From an uncultured virus (IMG/VR IMGVR_UViG_2834966965_000001) (lineage: Duplodnaviria; Heunggongvirae; Uroviricota; Caudoviricetes): a stretch of DNA of 64,000 nt. Under the pieces are notes generated by a model. It saw only the letters and a list, made by a program, of their open reading frames with translations. It was not told where the DNA came from and searched no databases. Within the stretch, counting starts at the first letter, position 1, and each line of letters opens with the position of its first letter. Shown one piece after another: positions 18,533 through 28,004 of the stretch. The stretch lies in the IMG/VR virus record IMGVR_UViG_2834966965_000001. One strand, written 5' to 3'. A program made the position numbers and the translations under genes.

Positions 18533-18938
18533 CTTTAACCCACTTGCGGATGATTTTGGTAGCTTGGAGAGGGTCTTTGGCCGGTATCCAGAAGATTTGC
18601 CACCCGCCAGGCAGATAATGTGGTGGCTGGAAACGTTTCATTTCAATATCGTTATTGAACGGGCCGAAGAATTCGTCTGTTTCCATACACCATAGCCAGT
18701 AATAATCTCGGAGCTGTCCCCATTTAATAAGGTTATAAATAATAAATGCTGATCCACCTAGTAGATAGAGTAATATTGGTGTCCAACTGTTAGCTACTCC
18801 GGTGATCATGCAAATGATAGCAGCAATAATTAAAACTAGTCCTAATAATGATCTTCCTCTGGTGTCTAGTGATAATATGCCGGCAATGCCAGATAAAGCC
18901 AGAATTCCAACAAATACCCAAACAATCCAATCCCACAT
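18477..18938 (-). CDS. Membrane protein, copy 1 of duplicated HTH-TM cassette
   Basis: Three TMs plus the shared C-terminal domain; TGATG coupling to the HTH gene. Confidence 0.8.
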   Translation of the reverse strand: MWDWIVWVFVGILALSGIAGILSLDTRGRSLLGLVLIIAAIICMITGVANSWTPILLYLLGGSAFIIYNLIKWGQLRDYYWLWCMETDEFFGPFNNDIEMKRFQPPHYLPGGWQIFWIPAKDPLQATKIIRKWVKDAEKVLRKDPEYKDRMPK

Positions 18939-19117
18939 CAGAATTCAATTTCCTCTGGTTTTATATCGAGAGCCATAGCAAGTTTGCGTACGGTAACGAA
19001 ATTTGGTTTATGTTTGCCTGCTTCAAGCCTTCCGATAGTTTCCTTTGTCATTCCGGCTAATTTAGCTAAATCGGCTTGAGAGAGGAATTTGTTTACTCTT
19101 AATTCTTTTAATTTCAT
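18938..19117 (-). CDS. 59-aa XRE HTH protein, copy 1 (not in the ORF track)
   Basis: MKLKELRVNKFLSQADLAKLAG...KPEEIEF read from the minus strand. Confidence 0.85.
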   Translation of the reverse strand: MKLKELRVNKFLSQADLAKLAGMTKETIGRLEAGKHKPNFVTVRKLAMALDIKPEEIEF

Positions 19118-19137
19118 ATCAGGGAAATGTTAGCACA

Positions 19138-19201
19138 ATGTCTCTGTATTATCAATGACTTGTCCTTGACATACTACAAAATAGGGATATAATAGAGACA
19201 T
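19138..19201 (+). promoter_or_regulatory. Consensus sigma70 promoter flanked by an inverted repeat
   Basis: TTGACA 19166-19171, 16-bp spacer, TATAAT 19188-19193; ATGTCTCT...AGAGACAT inverted repeat. Confidence 0.75.
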
Positions 19202-19238
19202 ATATGCGATATTAATAATACAGACAGGAGTAAAGAAT

Positions 19239-19586
19239 ATGCCAACTAAGACTAAAGAAACAGGGGAGTTGCCTTATAAACCACAAGATAGAGTAAAGCT
19301 GGAATACCTTCCGTATCTTTTACGCGAGATGGGTATTACCGAGGTGATGGAAGCCGGATTCTGTAAAGCACCCCAGGCGTGGCTTTCAGCTAATGCTACA
19401 AAGGATCTCATTTACCAGTTTTATGAGGATATAATCAAGGGAGAAATAGTTGCGGAGACTACCATGAGTGAACTGGAAGGTTTGGCTAACATGTTTTACA
19501 CCGGTTATGAAGTGGCTCAGCATGATATCAGCCAGATATTTAAAATACCTGAGAATTCATCACTCAAAGGTGGGCATGTTTGGTAA
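19239..19586 (+). CDS. Hypothetical protein (115 aa)
   Basis: AGGAG SD, own promoter and terminator. Confidence 0.75.
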   Translation: MPTKTKETGELPYKPQDRVKLEYLPYLLREMGITEVMEAGFCKAPQAWLSANATKDLIYQFYEDIIKGEIVAETTMSELEGLANMFYTGYEVAQHDISQIFKIPENSSLKGGHVW

Positions 19587-19604
19587 TAAAAAATGAGGAA
19601 GTAT

Positions 19605-19633
19605 AAAAGGCCGAGTAAAGCACTCGGCCTTTT
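19605..19633. terminator. Bidirectional intrinsic terminator
   Basis: AAAAGGCCGAGT/ACTCGGCCTTTT between convergent genes. Confidence 0.85.
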
Positions 19634-19663
19634 CTTATATCCGGGAATATTTGTGACACTTTG

Positions 19664-22600
19664 TCACATGCCTATAGACCGCCGGACACTCTTCGGGATA
19701 TATGGCTTAAACTTAGGCGCCTTAGTCTGGACAAACTTAATTTCAGGATTATCCTTCAAATTTATCTTAGCTGTAGTAACACCCATTTTTTGAGTAAGAT
19801 TGGTAGGCGGTTTTTTCCCCCGCGTAAAGAATGTTTCCTCAGGAGTACCTTCCAACCGGGTAGCCCCTTCCGGCGGACGGAAAACATATTCATGAGTGCC
19901 ATTGGCACGTTTTATTATCCAGACTGGGCGTTTATCATCACCGGTGCCCAGTTCCCCCTGTTTCCATGCCACATCGCCACTTTTTAGTCTTGGTTTACGG
20001 GTATCACTGTCTTTCTGGCTATCCGTGTGCTCTTTGCCGCCTTTGTAGTTAAAATCTGGCGGTTTAATACGAGATGGTTCAGCTCTAGGCAAGGAATTAT
20101 CTGGTGGATTAGTGGTAGGAACCCTCGGCGGTGGCACCCTTTCCCCTCTGGATGGAGGTATTCGGCTGCGCAGGCTAACATAATCGCCTCCGCCTGTGCG
20201 CAGTTTCCTTTCCAGTGTTTTAGCGGTGATTCTCGTTTTGCTCATATTACCAAAACCAGGCATACGTACCGGTAACTTGCGCAGCTCTTTTTCTATCAGC
20301 TTAGCACGGCGGTTTATTTCTTCTTCAAGACGGATTTTCTCCATCGCAGCCACTTTAGCAAGCCTACCAGCTATGACAAGAGCACTGGCTCGCCCATCCC
20401 GTCCGGCTGTCATGGCAGCTATACGGGCAGCAGACATAGACCGCTGTTCGGAACGCAGTAACTCCCTTACCTCAGGTATTAAATCAGGTGCTATTTGCCG
20501 GGCAGCTTCTAAACGGGCTGCGTTAGACATATTCCGTTCAGAAAGCAGATCTTCCAGTTTATCAGCCAGTTTAGGAGATTTCTCCCGTATCTCAGCCAGT
20601 AAAGCTTTTTGAGTATCCGCGTCAGCAGTAAAGACCTTCTCAATCTTGACAGTAAGCTCCGGGTTGGACTTGGCTAAGGCTTCATAATTGATTTTTTTCT
20701 GCAGGTTAGGGATAAAGATATCCCGTACTGTATTGTAGATACCACGAGCCTTTAGCTTATACAGATCTGCCAGAGAAGGGGCTTTGGCACCAATACCAAG
20801 ATCAAGCTCTCCGCCCAGTTTACTTACCATGGCGGTAAAACGATCCTGTTTTTCAAAGTTTGCCAAAGTTCGGTTTAACAGGCTGTAAAGCTGAGTGCTC
20901 GGGGCTTCCATAGTGATACCCTCAACCTTTACTGTATTGATGGGGGCATTCAGCTTTTTAAAACCGGCATCAATTTTCTTCCAGCCTAATTCAGATATAT
21001 CGGCGATGTTTTTCCATAAGCCATCTTTAAGCTGGGATACGGTATAGTGGGTAGCCACTTTACTTACTTTTACGTCATTTACAGTATAGCGGCGGGCTAT
21101 GTTGGCAATATCATTAGCCGTTTTCTCCGGGGTAGGAGACTGAATGTCCAAATCTCCGGGTTTTCTACCACCAGTAAACGTATATTCAGCAGTACTGCCA
21201 TACAGCACATTATCAGGATGCTGTCGCATATATGCTATGAAATCCTCATCCATTCCCCCAGGGAGTGATTCCACCTTGCCTATTACCTGGGAGAGCGGAC
21301 GAGGTTTAAGCATATCCGCTTTGCCGGCCAGTGCTCTGGTAATCTCCAAGCTCTTTTCAAACCAGTCTGGCGTAACCATTTGCAGCAGGGGGACGTTGAT
21401 TTTCTTGCCGTCCGGGCCAACAGTATTCAATACTATCGGTTTACCCTTATCATCCAGTACAGGTATAGCACGGCTGCCAGGAGTCATTAAGGCTTCGTCT
21501 TCTATGTACTTGGCATATTGCTTAAATACCGGGAATATTTCTCCTGTAGATTGATCACTTTTAACGTAACTCCACGCCTTGGATGCCATTTCATCCATAG
21601 TCCGGGCATCTGAAATTGCATTTGGCAGGCGTGATAATCCTGAATTATAGAAGATAGCAAAGGTAGGGGTTTCTTTAATCTGTCCAACTACTACCTTGCC
21701 CTCGCCATAGACTTTAGTACCGGGAGGCAGGAAGCCTACAACATTTGGAGTGGCTTTACCTATTACATTCCCTTTAAGGTCAACTATTTTCCCGCTGCCG
21801 TCTATCGTGCCTATCTTCTTACCGTTTTTATATACCGGCTGGTGAAAGTAAAACTCACCCAGCAACCTATCTCCGGCTACAATAGCGCCGCCAGGCTGAA
21901 TTTTAACTTCATACCGGGTACCGTCAGGCCGTACCAGATAAGCTTTGTTGTTTTCTATAGAGACTGTCCCGAGTTTGGTATTGTTTATAGATATGGCTTT
22001 GGAGTTATCGGCAATCTGGCCAATAATATTATTATGGCTATCAACCATTCTGCCGTTTTCGCCAATCTGCCCAACCAGAGTCTTATTATTGAAGACATAA
22101 CCGGGCGTTGCGCCTGTAGCCGTTCTGGAAGTCAGCCCAAGGTTCATATTGGGAGAGAGGAATAAGCCCTCATCTTTGGCCATGACACCTCTGGTAAATG
22201 GCTCTCCGAATGGAGTTGAATGTCCCACAGAATTTTTGAGTACCGTCTGAAATCCGGCGTCTGACCATTTAATTGTTCCTATCTCTGTACCATCTACCAG
22301 AATAGGTACAGATCCGGAGGCTTTACCTCCATTCCGAAGCATAATAGCTTCGTCCATAGCTTTAGTTGTATCTATGGCCGCTGGATTAGCCAATACCTTA
22401 GCTATATCCATAGTTTGGCTGCCTGAGCCACGCCAAAATGTGGCAGCTGGTAACTTAACTTTACTGAGCAATACTCCAAGAGGAGAGAAAATGGCTTTGG
22501 TCGTAGCTACGGGATGCAGGGCAGTTGTAATTGGCGCCACAATAAGTCCGCGTGTAGTCATAAGCGTTTCTTTAGCAATAGCTTTACCAACACCGATACC

Positions 22601-24376
22601 AGTCTTAGCTAAGGCGGAAACACCTCCGACAAAAGGCACGAATATTAATATATCGAGTGCGATGCTTCCTAAATTTGATAAGGATGTAAAATCATCTGCA
22701 AGCGTCCCTTTTTCTTTATCCTCCCAAAATGCTACCGTTCCAACTCCGGGTATCATGGAAATGCCTACGTTCTTCATGAACTCGCCCGGGTCTTTTTTAA
22801 AGGCCATGCCAATTTTTTCCATTAAATTGGCATCTTCATAATCAGATACGAACTCGGCATTTTTGAAATCGGTATCTGAAAGCCCAAACCACTTCTGCAG
22901 GATGCCTTTTCCCCATCCGTCAGACACAGCTTGCTGGATATCCACATTTCCAGTATCGTCAACATACTTGAGCAAGTATTTGATATCCACAGAATCGGCC
23001 TTCGACAAACCAACGGCCCTTTCAATCACATTATCAGGGATACCAGCTTTATAGGCTGCAAAAATATCAAAAGTCTGGGTATCTCCTTCTCCACGCATAA
23101 ATGGTTTTAAGGCAATAGCTTCAGAACTATTTCTAAGATTTTGGAGTGTAATCGTTTTCTGTGCTTCACGCATAGCCTGTTTGAGATTAGCTGAAGTAAT
23201 ATCATAGCCAACAATCTTTTTAAGCTCAGCAAAATACTGATCTGCATCTGCTTTGGGTAGGTACGCCCAATTGAAATTGGGGACGTTAAAAGGAATCTGC
23301 TCGTTTGAAGGCAATAAGCCAAGGCTGACCGCCACTTCATCAGGCATGCCGGGAGGTGCATTTTGACCTACGTTATACCCTGCATCCGGCGGCACATAGA
23401 CCGAATCAACTGGTATCAGCCCGTATTCAATCGCCTTTTTAAACTGGTCTTCAGGGGATAAACTTGAAAACTCTTTAGCATCTAAGAACGCCTTTAAAGC
23501 AGTTATATAAGCTAAAGATTGGTCGTTGCCTGCAATGATATTTTTAATCTCTTGGGTATTATCTATCAGATTACCAAATTCATCTGTCCGGGGAGCTCTT
23601 AATCCATCATTTCCCATTACATCCGGCATACGGCTGACGGCTTCCATGATGACATTTGCGGGTGCTCCGATGCTGGCGAGGTAGTTTGTTATATATTCGT
23701 GCATCTTGGCAGGGTCAGACCAGGCTAAGCCCGCCATAGGCACGGTGTAGACTGTGCCATTGGGGGTAGTAAACGTCCAAGCGGTAGAATTATCTACAGT
23801 CACCGAAACATTGTTATCGGTACCGGTGGTATCAGCGCTGTTATCGGTGCTGGTGTCAGAATCATTTACCGGTTCACCGATAAACCTCTTCCCGCTCCCA
23901 GCTGCTATACTTTCTTCTGTTATGGCAGTGAATTGTTTGCCACTGTCGGTCGCTTCACTCTCTGCAGTTATTGATGTGTAGTTCTTTGTGCTACTGTTAG
24001 GATCTGTGATAGTTATACTAGAGTTTTTCCCGATGACGTTTCCGGTTGTTATATCAGCTTTTATACCAGAGAATTGGTCTGCAACGGATTTAATAACAGC
24101 TGCAGATGCTCCGCGGCTAGTCAGATAATTAGTAACATATTGCAGAGTATCATCTTCTTGTCCGTTTATATTGATGTTATACACAGCGCCATCAGTGGCA
24201 ACCGTCAATTTACCATCTTTCAGTTTAACCGTAGCAATATTATTAAAGCCTGAATCAGCTGCTTGCTGGGCAGCTGCTTGGTTGATAATCGCTTTCTGAC
24301 TGGGTCTGTTAAGCATGATCATATTATTTTTCGGTGAACCAGACGCCGGGTTTGAAGGGTCAAATAATATCGCCAT
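19664..24376 (-). CDS. 1570-aa multidomain protein with nucleotidyltransferase-like motif
   Basis: Internal repeats, hydrophobic PGVG/PFVGG segment, G..IG beta repeats, LYGSTA...RKPGDLDI, coiled coil and basic tail. Confidence 0.85.
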   Translation of the reverse strand: MAILFDPSNPASGSPKNNMIMLNRPSQKAIINQAAAQQAADSGFNNIATVKLKDGKLTVATDGAVYNININGQEDDTLQYVTNYLTSRGASAAVIKSVADQFSGIKADITTGNVIGKNSSITITDPNSSTKNYTSITAESEATDSGKQFTAITEESIAAGSGKRFIGEPVNDSDTSTDNSADTTGTDNNVSVTVDNSTAWTFTTPNGTVYTVPMAGLAWSDPAKMHEYITNYLASIGAPANVIMEAVSRMPDVMGNDGLRAPRTDEFGNLIDNTQEIKNIIAGNDQSLAYITALKAFLDAKEFSSLSPEDQFKKAIEYGLIPVDSVYVPPDAGYNVGQNAPPGMPDEVAVSLGLLPSNEQIPFNVPNFNWAYLPKADADQYFAELKKIVGYDITSANLKQAMREAQKTITLQNLRNSSEAIALKPFMRGEGDTQTFDIFAAYKAGIPDNVIERAVGLSKADSVDIKYLLKYVDDTGNVDIQQAVSDGWGKGILQKWFGLSDTDFKNAEFVSDYEDANLMEKIGMAFKKDPGEFMKNVGISMIPGVGTVAFWEDKEKGTLADDFTSLSNLGSIALDILIFVPFVGGVSALAKTGIGVGKAIAKETLMTTRGLIVAPITTALHPVATTKAIFSPLGVLLSKVKLPAATFWRGSGSQTMDIAKVLANPAAIDTTKAMDEAIMLRNGGKASGSVPILVDGTEIGTIKWSDAGFQTVLKNSVGHSTPFGEPFTRGVMAKDEGLFLSPNMNLGLTSRTATGATPGYVFNNKTLVGQIGENGRMVDSHNNIIGQIADNSKAISINNTKLGTVSIENNKAYLVRPDGTRYEVKIQPGGAIVAGDRLLGEFYFHQPVYKNGKKIGTIDGSGKIVDLKGNVIGKATPNVVGFLPPGTKVYGEGKVVVGQIKETPTFAIFYNSGLSRLPNAISDARTMDEMASKAWSYVKSDQSTGEIFPVFKQYAKYIEDEALMTPGSRAIPVLDDKGKPIVLNTVGPDGKKINVPLLQMVTPDWFEKSLEITRALAGKADMLKPRPLSQVIGKVESLPGGMDEDFIAYMRQHPDNVLYGSTAEYTFTGGRKPGDLDIQSPTPEKTANDIANIARRYTVNDVKVSKVATHYTVSQLKDGLWKNIADISELGWKKIDAGFKKLNAPINTVKVEGITMEAPSTQLYSLLNRTLANFEKQDRFTAMVSKLGGELDLGIGAKAPSLADLYKLKARGIYNTVRDIFIPNLQKKINYEALAKSNPELTVKIEKVFTADADTQKALLAEIREKSPKLADKLEDLLSERNMSNAARLEAARQIAPDLIPEVRELLRSEQRSMSAARIAAMTAGRDGRASALVIAGRLAKVAAMEKIRLEEEINRRAKLIEKELRKLPVRMPGFGNMSKTRITAKTLERKLRTGGGDYVSLRSRIPPSRGERVPPPRVPTTNPPDNSLPRAEPSRIKPPDFNYKGGKEHTDSQKDSDTRKPRLKSGDVAWKQGELGTGDDKRPVWIIKRANGTHEYVFRPPEGATRLEGTPEETFFTRGKKPPTNLTQKMGVTTAKINLKDNPEIKFVQTKAPKFKPYIPKSVRRSIGM

Positions 24377-24379
24377 TTA

Positions 24380-25399
24380 TCACCTCTCAGAATAAGGTTT
24401 AGACCAGGCATTCATTGCTGCCCTGGCTATCAAGTATAGGCCTGTAATTACCAGCGGCAGGGCTTTTAACACGGGTTTATCCATTGCAACGGGATCCACT
24501 ATTGAAAATCCATACATCATCAAAGCTACACCAGCAATGATATACATGATCGGATCTTGTTTAATAACAGCAATCGCTGTTATGGCCAAAACGATAATAA
24601 GGTAGAGCATATTCCCCTCCGTTGTTTGTTCTGAATAGTTAATTGATAAGCCGCAATTATTGACTGACCAGGCTCTGTAATATGTAGTTCCAAAATACGT
24701 AACAATATCAGTGTCTATTACGCTTGTACTTGTACCCCGGTAGACCAGTTCTCCGTCATTAATATCCTGAGGATATCCGGCATGCCCACGGACTACTATT
24801 GTCTCTGTGGCTCCAGCTCCGGGTATCCATGAGATGAGTGCGTTATTCCCCTGATATGTGACCTCGAGAGTGGCGGGCTGTAATGGCAAATCAGCGGCAG
24901 GATCTATAAATTCCCAGGCGGAATTTTCGTTATCTGTATAGCTGGTGTCTCCAACTGATATGGTTAGTATGCCGGAGCTGGCCCACCCATCGTCTCCATA
25001 AACCAAGCGGGGGACGATACGCGCCTCAATAACAGTTATGCCGGCGCCTTGTCCGTAGAGATCATTAAAATGGCTGGGGAAAACAGCGTTCGATGTAATC
25101 TCAGTACGGTATTCGGTATCACTGTCTTTATATACCAGGTAAAGCGATAGTTCGTCATAATCGAGGGCATAATCCCCATGCTCTGCTAAAGCAGCTGATA
25201 CTGGCAACATACGGTCCTGAGCATAAGCTGCATTAGTAAGAGTCAGGCGAAACACGATATTGGTTGATGAGGCTTCCTGACAACTAAACTGAGTTGTTAG
25301 CCAACTTGCGGCCGCAATTGGTGCGGGGGTAATACAGAAGCTGAGGGTTGAGGTAGATACCAAAACCACCAGCAGTAGTCTCAATAACCATTTATTCAC
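24380..25399 (-). CDS. Signal peptide + FN3-like ectodomain + three-TM membrane protein
   Basis: ISW.PG...YYRAWSVN FN3-like pattern; C-terminal TMs. Confidence 0.78.
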   Translation of the reverse strand: MNKWLLRLLLVVLVSTSTLSFCITPAPIAAASWLTTQFSCQEASSTNIVFRLTLTNAAYAQDRMLPVSAALAEHGDYALDYDELSLYLVYKDSDTEYRTEITSNAVFPSHFNDLYGQGAGITVIEARIVPRLVYGDDGWASSGILTISVGDTSYTDNENSAWEFIDPAADLPLQPATLEVTYQGNNALISWIPGAGATETIVVRGHAGYPQDINDGELVYRGTSTSVIDTDIVTYFGTTYYRAWSVNNCGLSINYSEQTTEGNMLYLIIVLAITAIAVIKQDPIMYIIAGVALMMYGFSIVDPVAMDKPVLKALPLVITGLYLIARAAMNAWSKPYSER

Positions 25400-25659
25400 G
25401 CTTCAAGCCCTTCAAATTTAGCCTGTAAAATGAGTTTCCTGCTTAGTTTTCTACGGGACCTTATGTACCAGACCATTACCCCCAGATGAGAAAATATAAA
25501 TATTCCTACGGATGCGACGGCCAGTGTTTCGAACATGTTTATTATTGCGAATACGAATAATGCTATTGAGGTAACCATTGCCAGGCTATAATAAAGCGAA
25601 AAGCGATTATTAAGTCGGCCGCTTGCGATGGCTTGAAAATCTTTGTCTGTAAGTTTCAT
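25396..25659 (-). CDS. Small two-TM protein
   Basis: Operonic overlap; hydrophobic segments. Confidence 0.65.
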   Translation of the reverse strand: MKLTDKDFQAIASGRLNNRFSLYYSLAMVTSIALFVFAIINMFETLAVASVGIFIFSHLGVMVWYIRSRRKLSRKLILQAKFEGLEA

Positions 25660-25663
25660 ATTC

Positions 25664-26461
25664 TTATACTTCCTTTTTTAACCGGCGGCCAACACGGCCG
25701 ACAGTCGCGATATCCAGTCCTTTTTCTGCCAGTGAAGTCAGTAACCCTGCATCTGCTTCTTGGAAATCCACCTCACCTATTGGAGATGGTCCCGAAGCAG
25801 ATGCTTTAAGTTCTTCCATTGAAGGATTGCGTCTGAGATCAATAATATCCTGCTGTTTTTTGATTACAATTTGTCTTTGGCCTTCAAATATATCAATGAC
25901 GTTATAGCTGCGATAATAAGGGAATATTCCCCTGGGAGATAATATCTTGGTACCCATATCAGACCATGGTTTGCCGGTCACAAATCCTTTGCAGTCCAGC
26001 GTCCTCAATAAAAAGAATTTACCGCGGGATATGTGATTAGCTTTGCCCCATGGGGTGTAATACATATCGGTGCAAATGGTGAGAAAATGGGTTAGCCAAC
26101 GCATACGGTCATAGAGCCACATCCAGTTTTGCAGTGTGTAGAACATACCCAAACCAAGTTTGCGGCGCTGCATGCCGACATACCCGGTAAGCTGATTGAT
26201 AACCGTCATGTGACGGGATGAATCGTTAAACTGCTGGATTTCATCAATATCAACAATCACACTCTTAAGTGACCGGGACATGGTGACTAGTTCGTGGATT
26301 TCTATTTGTTTAACAGGGCGATATGTCAGGGGAGTGTATAGATCATACCCGGGGAAAACTCGGCACTCACCACCCAAGGCCATATGAAGTTCTGAGAAAT
26401 ATGTCATGGCGGTAGTTTTACCGCCGCCTTCAGGTCCTATGAAGCCCCAAATAGCTACCAT
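25664..26461 (-). CDS. Zot/pI-like morphogenesis ATPase
   Basis: GPEGGGKTT, IVDIDEIQ and QRRK...FYTLQ motifs; start may extend to 26518. Confidence 0.82.
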   Translation of the reverse strand: MVAIWGFIGPEGGGKTTAMTYFSELHMALGGECRVFPGYDLYTPLTYRPVKQIEIHELVTMSRSLKSVIVDIDEIQQFNDSSRHMTVINQLTGYVGMQRRKLGLGMFYTLQNWMWLYDRMRWLTHFLTICTDMYYTPWGKANHISRGKFFLLRTLDCKGFVTGKPWSDMGTKILSPRGIFPYYRSYNVIDIFEGQRQIVIKKQQDIIDLRRNPSMEELKASASGPSPIGEVDFQEADAGLLTSLAEKGLDIATVGRVGRRLKKEV

Positions 26462-26871
26462 TGGTTTAAATCCTTGGGCGGGCCGCCCTTTTGACCATTC
26501 TGATTGTTGCCTTTCCATTTGAAATGCTGACCAATACCGATTTCTACCAGCTGATCACGACTCCTACCGCCAACTGAAACATTGGCCGCAAGCCACGTGC
26601 GCAGGGCTTCGATACCGTCATCATTCTCAAATTCCTGGCATAACGCAAGATACTGGCAGGCAGCATTTTTCTGCCGTTCATCCTTGAAAGTGGTCCGCAT
26701 CATAAGTTTTGCTAGATCATCGCCCGGGTTGACCAGATCACCGGCTATTGATGGAGTATTTACGTTTTGCAGCATTCCTTCGAGTTTATCGAGGGTTAAA
26801 CCGGTCTTAGGCGGGCTATCTGTTCCCGCAATTCCGAATTCTTCAATGTTATCGTTTAATTCTTCGACCAT
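26455..26871 (-). CDS. Morphogenesis-module hypothetical protein
   Basis: Directly upstream of the ATPase; VSVGGRSRDQLV motif. Confidence 0.7.
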   Translation of the reverse strand: MVEELNDNIEEFGIAGTDSPPKTGLTLDKLEGMLQNVNTPSIAGDLVNPGDDLAKLMMRTTFKDERQKNAACQYLALCQEFENDDGIEALRTWLAANVSVGGRSRDQLVEIGIGQHFKWKGNNQNGQKGGPPKDLNQW

Positions 26872-26872
26872 G

Positions 26873-27265
26873 CTAAGCTCCTATTGACGAAGAGAATATG
26901 ATTACTACCAAGAAAGCGATTGCCGCAAATAGTGCCCACATGGCACCGATCTTGAGTTTTTTCCAAACATCGCTGTTTCCGCCCCAGATTGGTTTTACTT
27001 GGGGAGAAAAAGCTTTTAGCCCTCTGTAAAGGCTTGAGGGCAGGGTTTTTATAGTTTTTGGTAGCTCCGGTTCTATATATGAAACTGCACCATCGCTGGA
27101 AGTTTGCTTAATTACCAAATACATCCAGTGGTCTTTGAACAGTACTTTTCTCGCGTTATGAGGTATATCAGCAATTGGAACTGACTGTTGTTTCCAACCT
27201 ATTATTGGATCAATAACAACTGCTGTTGTAGTCTGTGATTCAGCTTTTTTTAATATATTTACCAT
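26873..27265 (-). CDS. C-terminally membrane-anchored protein
   Basis: C-terminal TM; operonic. Confidence 0.72.
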   Translation of the reverse strand: MVNILKKAESQTTTAVVIDPIIGWKQQSVPIADIPHNARKVLFKDHWMYLVIKQTSSDGAVSYIEPELPKTIKTLPSSLYRGLKAFSPQVKPIWGGNSDVWKKLKIGAMWALFAAIAFLVVIIFSSSIGA

Positions 27266-27699
27266 GGTAATTTAACCTTCCCTGCTGAAATGAGGCCTAT
27301 CACCATAAGAACGATGATAAATCCGGCGCCACCAAATATCAGAGTCTGCAAAATATCAAACAGCCGGTTTTCTTTTTCTTCAAAATTGAGGTTAAAGCGG
27401 GATTTCTTATCAGCTTCACCTGATATTTTTACGGTTAATTTATGTGATTCTTCAGCCAACTTGTTGGCATTGATTGAAATAGCAATGGGCGCTACGTCTC
27501 GCTCACAAACCAGCTGGTAGGGCATGCCACTGCCAGCTTTGGGAAATGAGTCCGAACCTAGCGCCCATGCTTGCCGAGCTTTATCGTCTATCACGCAAGC
27601 CACATCAACCGGCAGACCAAGGTCCAGCAACCTCCTATCTTCAGTTAATAGAAGGATTCCATGCCGTCTTTTTTGCTGCCAGATTTTCATATAGCTCAT
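27259..27699 (-). CDS. C-terminally membrane-anchored protein
   Basis: C-terminal TM; operonic. Confidence 0.72.
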   Translation of the reverse strand: MSYMKIWQQKRRHGILLLTEDRRLLDLGLPVDVACVIDDKARQAWALGSDSFPKAGSGMPYQLVCERDVAPIAISINANKLAEESHKLTVKISGEADKKSRFNLNFEEKENRLFDILQTLIFGGAGFIIVLMVIGLISAGKVKLPW

Positions 27700-27708
27700 T
27701 AAGTGAGA

Positions 27709-27963
27709 TTAACGAAGCCCGCCGCCGTGCCCATCGCCGCCGCGTATACCCTTAACACCGCTGAAGGCCAAGAACCCAGCGCCACCCAGACCAAACAGCC
27801 AGAGAATGGCAGGAGTCAGCTTCAGGAACACATCAAAGCTGGTGTAATCCGCGATATGAGTGTCAGCCCGAAGGATAGCCAACTGGTCCAATACGGGTAC
27901 GGTCAGGATCGACAGCACAAACACTATGCCAATGGCTCCAAAAATACGCATCCAATTTCCCAC
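27709..27963 (-). CDS. Putative major coat protein (two-helix hydrophobic hairpin, 84 aa)
   Basis: Very strong SD AGGAGGTGA; helix-Pro-loop-LKLTP-helix with a basic/Gly tail. Confidence 0.7.
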   Translation of the reverse strand: MGNWMRIFGAIGIVFVLSILTVPVLDQLAILRADTHIADYTSFDVFLKLTPAILWLFGLGGAGFLAFSGVKGIRGGDGHGGGLR

Positions 27964-28004
27964 TTAATTCACCTCCTTTCATTTAGTAATAAAAATTGTT
28001 ACTA

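Noticed and set aside
17889..18738. Diversity-generating retroelement TR/VR pair
   Set aside because: Differences are mostly synonymous and not adenine-specific; no reverse transcriptase in the window.
19652..19668. TGTGACA-CTT-TGTCACA palindrome
   Set aside because: Lies between convergent gene ends next to a terminator, with no promoter to regulate; function unsupported.
19593..23981. Numerous short antisense/overlapping ORFs (also 6122-8496, 37134-39750, 57736-59838)
   Set aside because: Shadows of long genes on the opposite strand, with no SD or recognisable motifs.
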